Assembly: GCA_039799905.1 (NCBI GenBank)
Contig: JBDLRP010000033.1
Span: 1 to 15,758 of the forward strand
Length of the DNA stretch: 15,758 nucleotides
Direction of reading: 5' to 3'
Origin: Pseudomonadota bacterium
Lineage (GTDB): Bacteria > Bdellovibrionota_B > Oligoflexia > Silvanigrellales > Silvanigrellaceae
Both the position numbers and the translations under genes were made by a program. Below, piece after piece: positions 14,528-15,758 of this stretch (position 1 is the stretch's first letter; every line of letters starts with the position of its first letter). The notes beneath the pieces are model-generated. The model was not told where the DNA came from. It ran no database searches and saw only the letters and a list, made by a program, of their open reading frames with translations.

Positions 14528-15694
14528 ATGACTTGCAAGACAAAATTTTTGATGGCTTTCTTGTCGGCTGCTCTTCTGGTCTCGTGCAAGAATAGGTCGT
14601 TTGGGCCCGGTCAGTCGCAACCCGATTCGCTGCTCGATCCACATCGTCTTCCGGAGCGTGGACCATGGTTTGAGGGCTGGTACTTGCGCATCACTCCGGC
14701 AGATGCCAATCAGCGCTCGTTCGGCGTAATTGTTGGGTCATATCTCCCCCGCGGCGAGCTTAGGCGCGATGCTGAAGCAACGGGCTTGACCGGATACGCG
14801 TCCATTATAGATGGCGGTAAGAAAGACAGCCCGTTGCGTTCCTACGAAGCTTTTCCGAAGTCGACTCGTATGTATTTGAACCGTACTGACAGTGTTGATC
14901 GCGATCCGGCGCCAAAGTCGGATGCGTCCTTTCGCTGGGTGGCCGAGGGAATTGGAGAGTTGACGGAAAGAAGCGTTCAACTCGCACTTCCCCAGAGTGC
15001 ATCGATTTCCATTCGTTTGTCCGAGATTCTGCCTTGGAACGAAAGTGGACTTGGCCCCGAAGGTTATATCAGCTTGTTTCGTGCATTTCCGCTGCACTGG
15101 TTTGTTTACAGCCTGAAGTCAAAGGCTGAGTACAAGGTGGTTCTGCCGTCAGCCGACGGGTTGTCCGCCGAGACAGTCAATGGTGTCGGATATGCACACT
15201 ATGAAAAAAACTGGGGTGTTTCGTTTCCACCGGCTTATGTATGGATGCAAGGCTATGATGAACAGCAAAAGCGGGCCATTGCAATTGCAGGTGGCCGGCC
15301 TTTGCAGCTGGGACCAGCCAAACCTGAGGCCTGGCTTGTTGGGTTTCGCAGCGGAAAGACATCGATCGATTTTGCGCCGCAGAACATCGGGACTGTTTTT
15401 CAGAGTGAAGTTGATGCTTGTCAGGGACGGTTTCAGCTGACGTCCTCATTTCTCAACAAAAGACTGCGTGTGGTCGCGGAAGCTCCACGCAACACGTTTG
15501 GCGGGATTGCCATTCCCAATGAAACAGGTTTTGTCAAAGATGGTTCAGAGCAGTCCTTTCAGACGCGCATCGTGGCCAAACTCTATGAGGTGATGCCATT
15601 TGCTCCGACAGGAGGTGGTGAGCGTCTTTTGGAGGAAGCGGTCTTCACAAACGGCGCGTTGGAGTTTGGTTCAGAGTTCAAGTGCGGTAAGTAG
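14528..15694 (+). CDS. Tocopherol-cyclase-like protein with lipoprotein signal
   Basis: Motifs WFEGWYLRI, HYEKNWGVSFPPAYVWMQ and terminal GALEFG. Lipobox LVSC. GGAG upstream of ATG 14528. Confidence 0.88.
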   Translation: MTCKTKFLMAFLSAALLVSCKNRSFGPGQSQPDSLLDPHRLPERGPWFEGWYLRITPADANQRSFGVIVGSYLPRGELRRDAEATGLTGYASIIDGGKKDSPLRSYEAFPKSTRMYLNRTDSVDRDPAPKSDASFRWVAEGIGELTERSVQLALPQSASISIRLSEILPWNESGLGPEGYISLFRAFPLHWFVYSLKSKAEYKVVLPSADGLSAETVNGVGYAHYEKNWGVSFPPAYVWMQGYDEQQKRAIAIAGGRPLQLGPAKPEAWLVGFRSGKTSIDFAPQNIGTVFQSEVDACQGRFQLTSSFLNKRLRVVAEAPRNTFGGIAIPNETGFVKDGSEQSFQTRIVAKLYEVMPFAPTGGGERLLEEAVFTNGALEFGSEFKCGK

Positions 15695-15734
15695 AAAGTC
15701 TCTCAACCTGGATGGTGTTATGGAAGAAGTCGGC

Positions 15735-15758
15735 CGGCAGCGGAAATCCACGCTGCCG
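15735..15758. terminator. GC-rich hairpin, probable terminator
   Basis: CGGCAGCG-N8-CGCTGCCG, 40 nt after the stop codon. Any U tract would lie outside the window. Confidence 0.55.

Noticed and set aside
5333..15449. Numerous short antisense or out-of-frame ORFs inside called genes (e.g. 5333-5680, 9092-9571, 10109-10471, 14738-15097)
   Set aside because: These are shadow ORFs nested in well-supported CDSs, with no motifs of their own.
1..15758. CRISPR array, intact tRNA/rRNA, IS element, retron/DGR or defence system
   Set aside because: No regularly spaced nucleotide repeats, cloverleaf, transposase, reverse transcriptase or nuclease motifs were seen by eye. The only clear direct repeats are in-frame intragenic duplications.

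Overview
Bacterial DNA containing two parts. (1) Bases 1-~1616 are the right end of an integrative element: the tail of an unknown gene, an excisionase-like HTH gene overlapping a tyrosine integrase, an AT-rich spacer, and a short tRNA-Ala/tmRNA-like 3' end (TACTTCCACCA) followed by an intrinsic terminator, read here as a putative att site. (2) The rest looks like host accessory chromosome. It begins with a decayed short-chain dehydrogenase (SDR) pseudogene not resolved by the ORF track, followed by 14 mostly monocistronic genes, 12 of which have lipoprotein or Sec signal peptides. These encode a secreted minimal tail-collar protein, an M48 peptidase, a GDT1/UPF0016 Mn/Ca transporter, two lipoproteins with internal Cys-containing duplications, a DUF6279-like lipoprotein, a small lipoprotein, an S51 peptidase, two esterases, a large conserved unknown secreted protein, a DUF4349-like/beta-barrel fusion and a tocopherol-cyclase-like lipoprotein. 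The most striking item is a lipoprotein (7524-8147) whose C-terminal domain matches, as I recall it, the animal extracellular-matrix TARSH/ABI3BP-FNDC1 C-terminal domain. Several sigma28-like promoters and one sigma54-like promoter are visible. The gene style suggests Bdellovibrionota/Oligoflexia (inference only). No CRISPR array, rRNA or intact tRNA was seen. All family calls come from motif recognition, not database searches.
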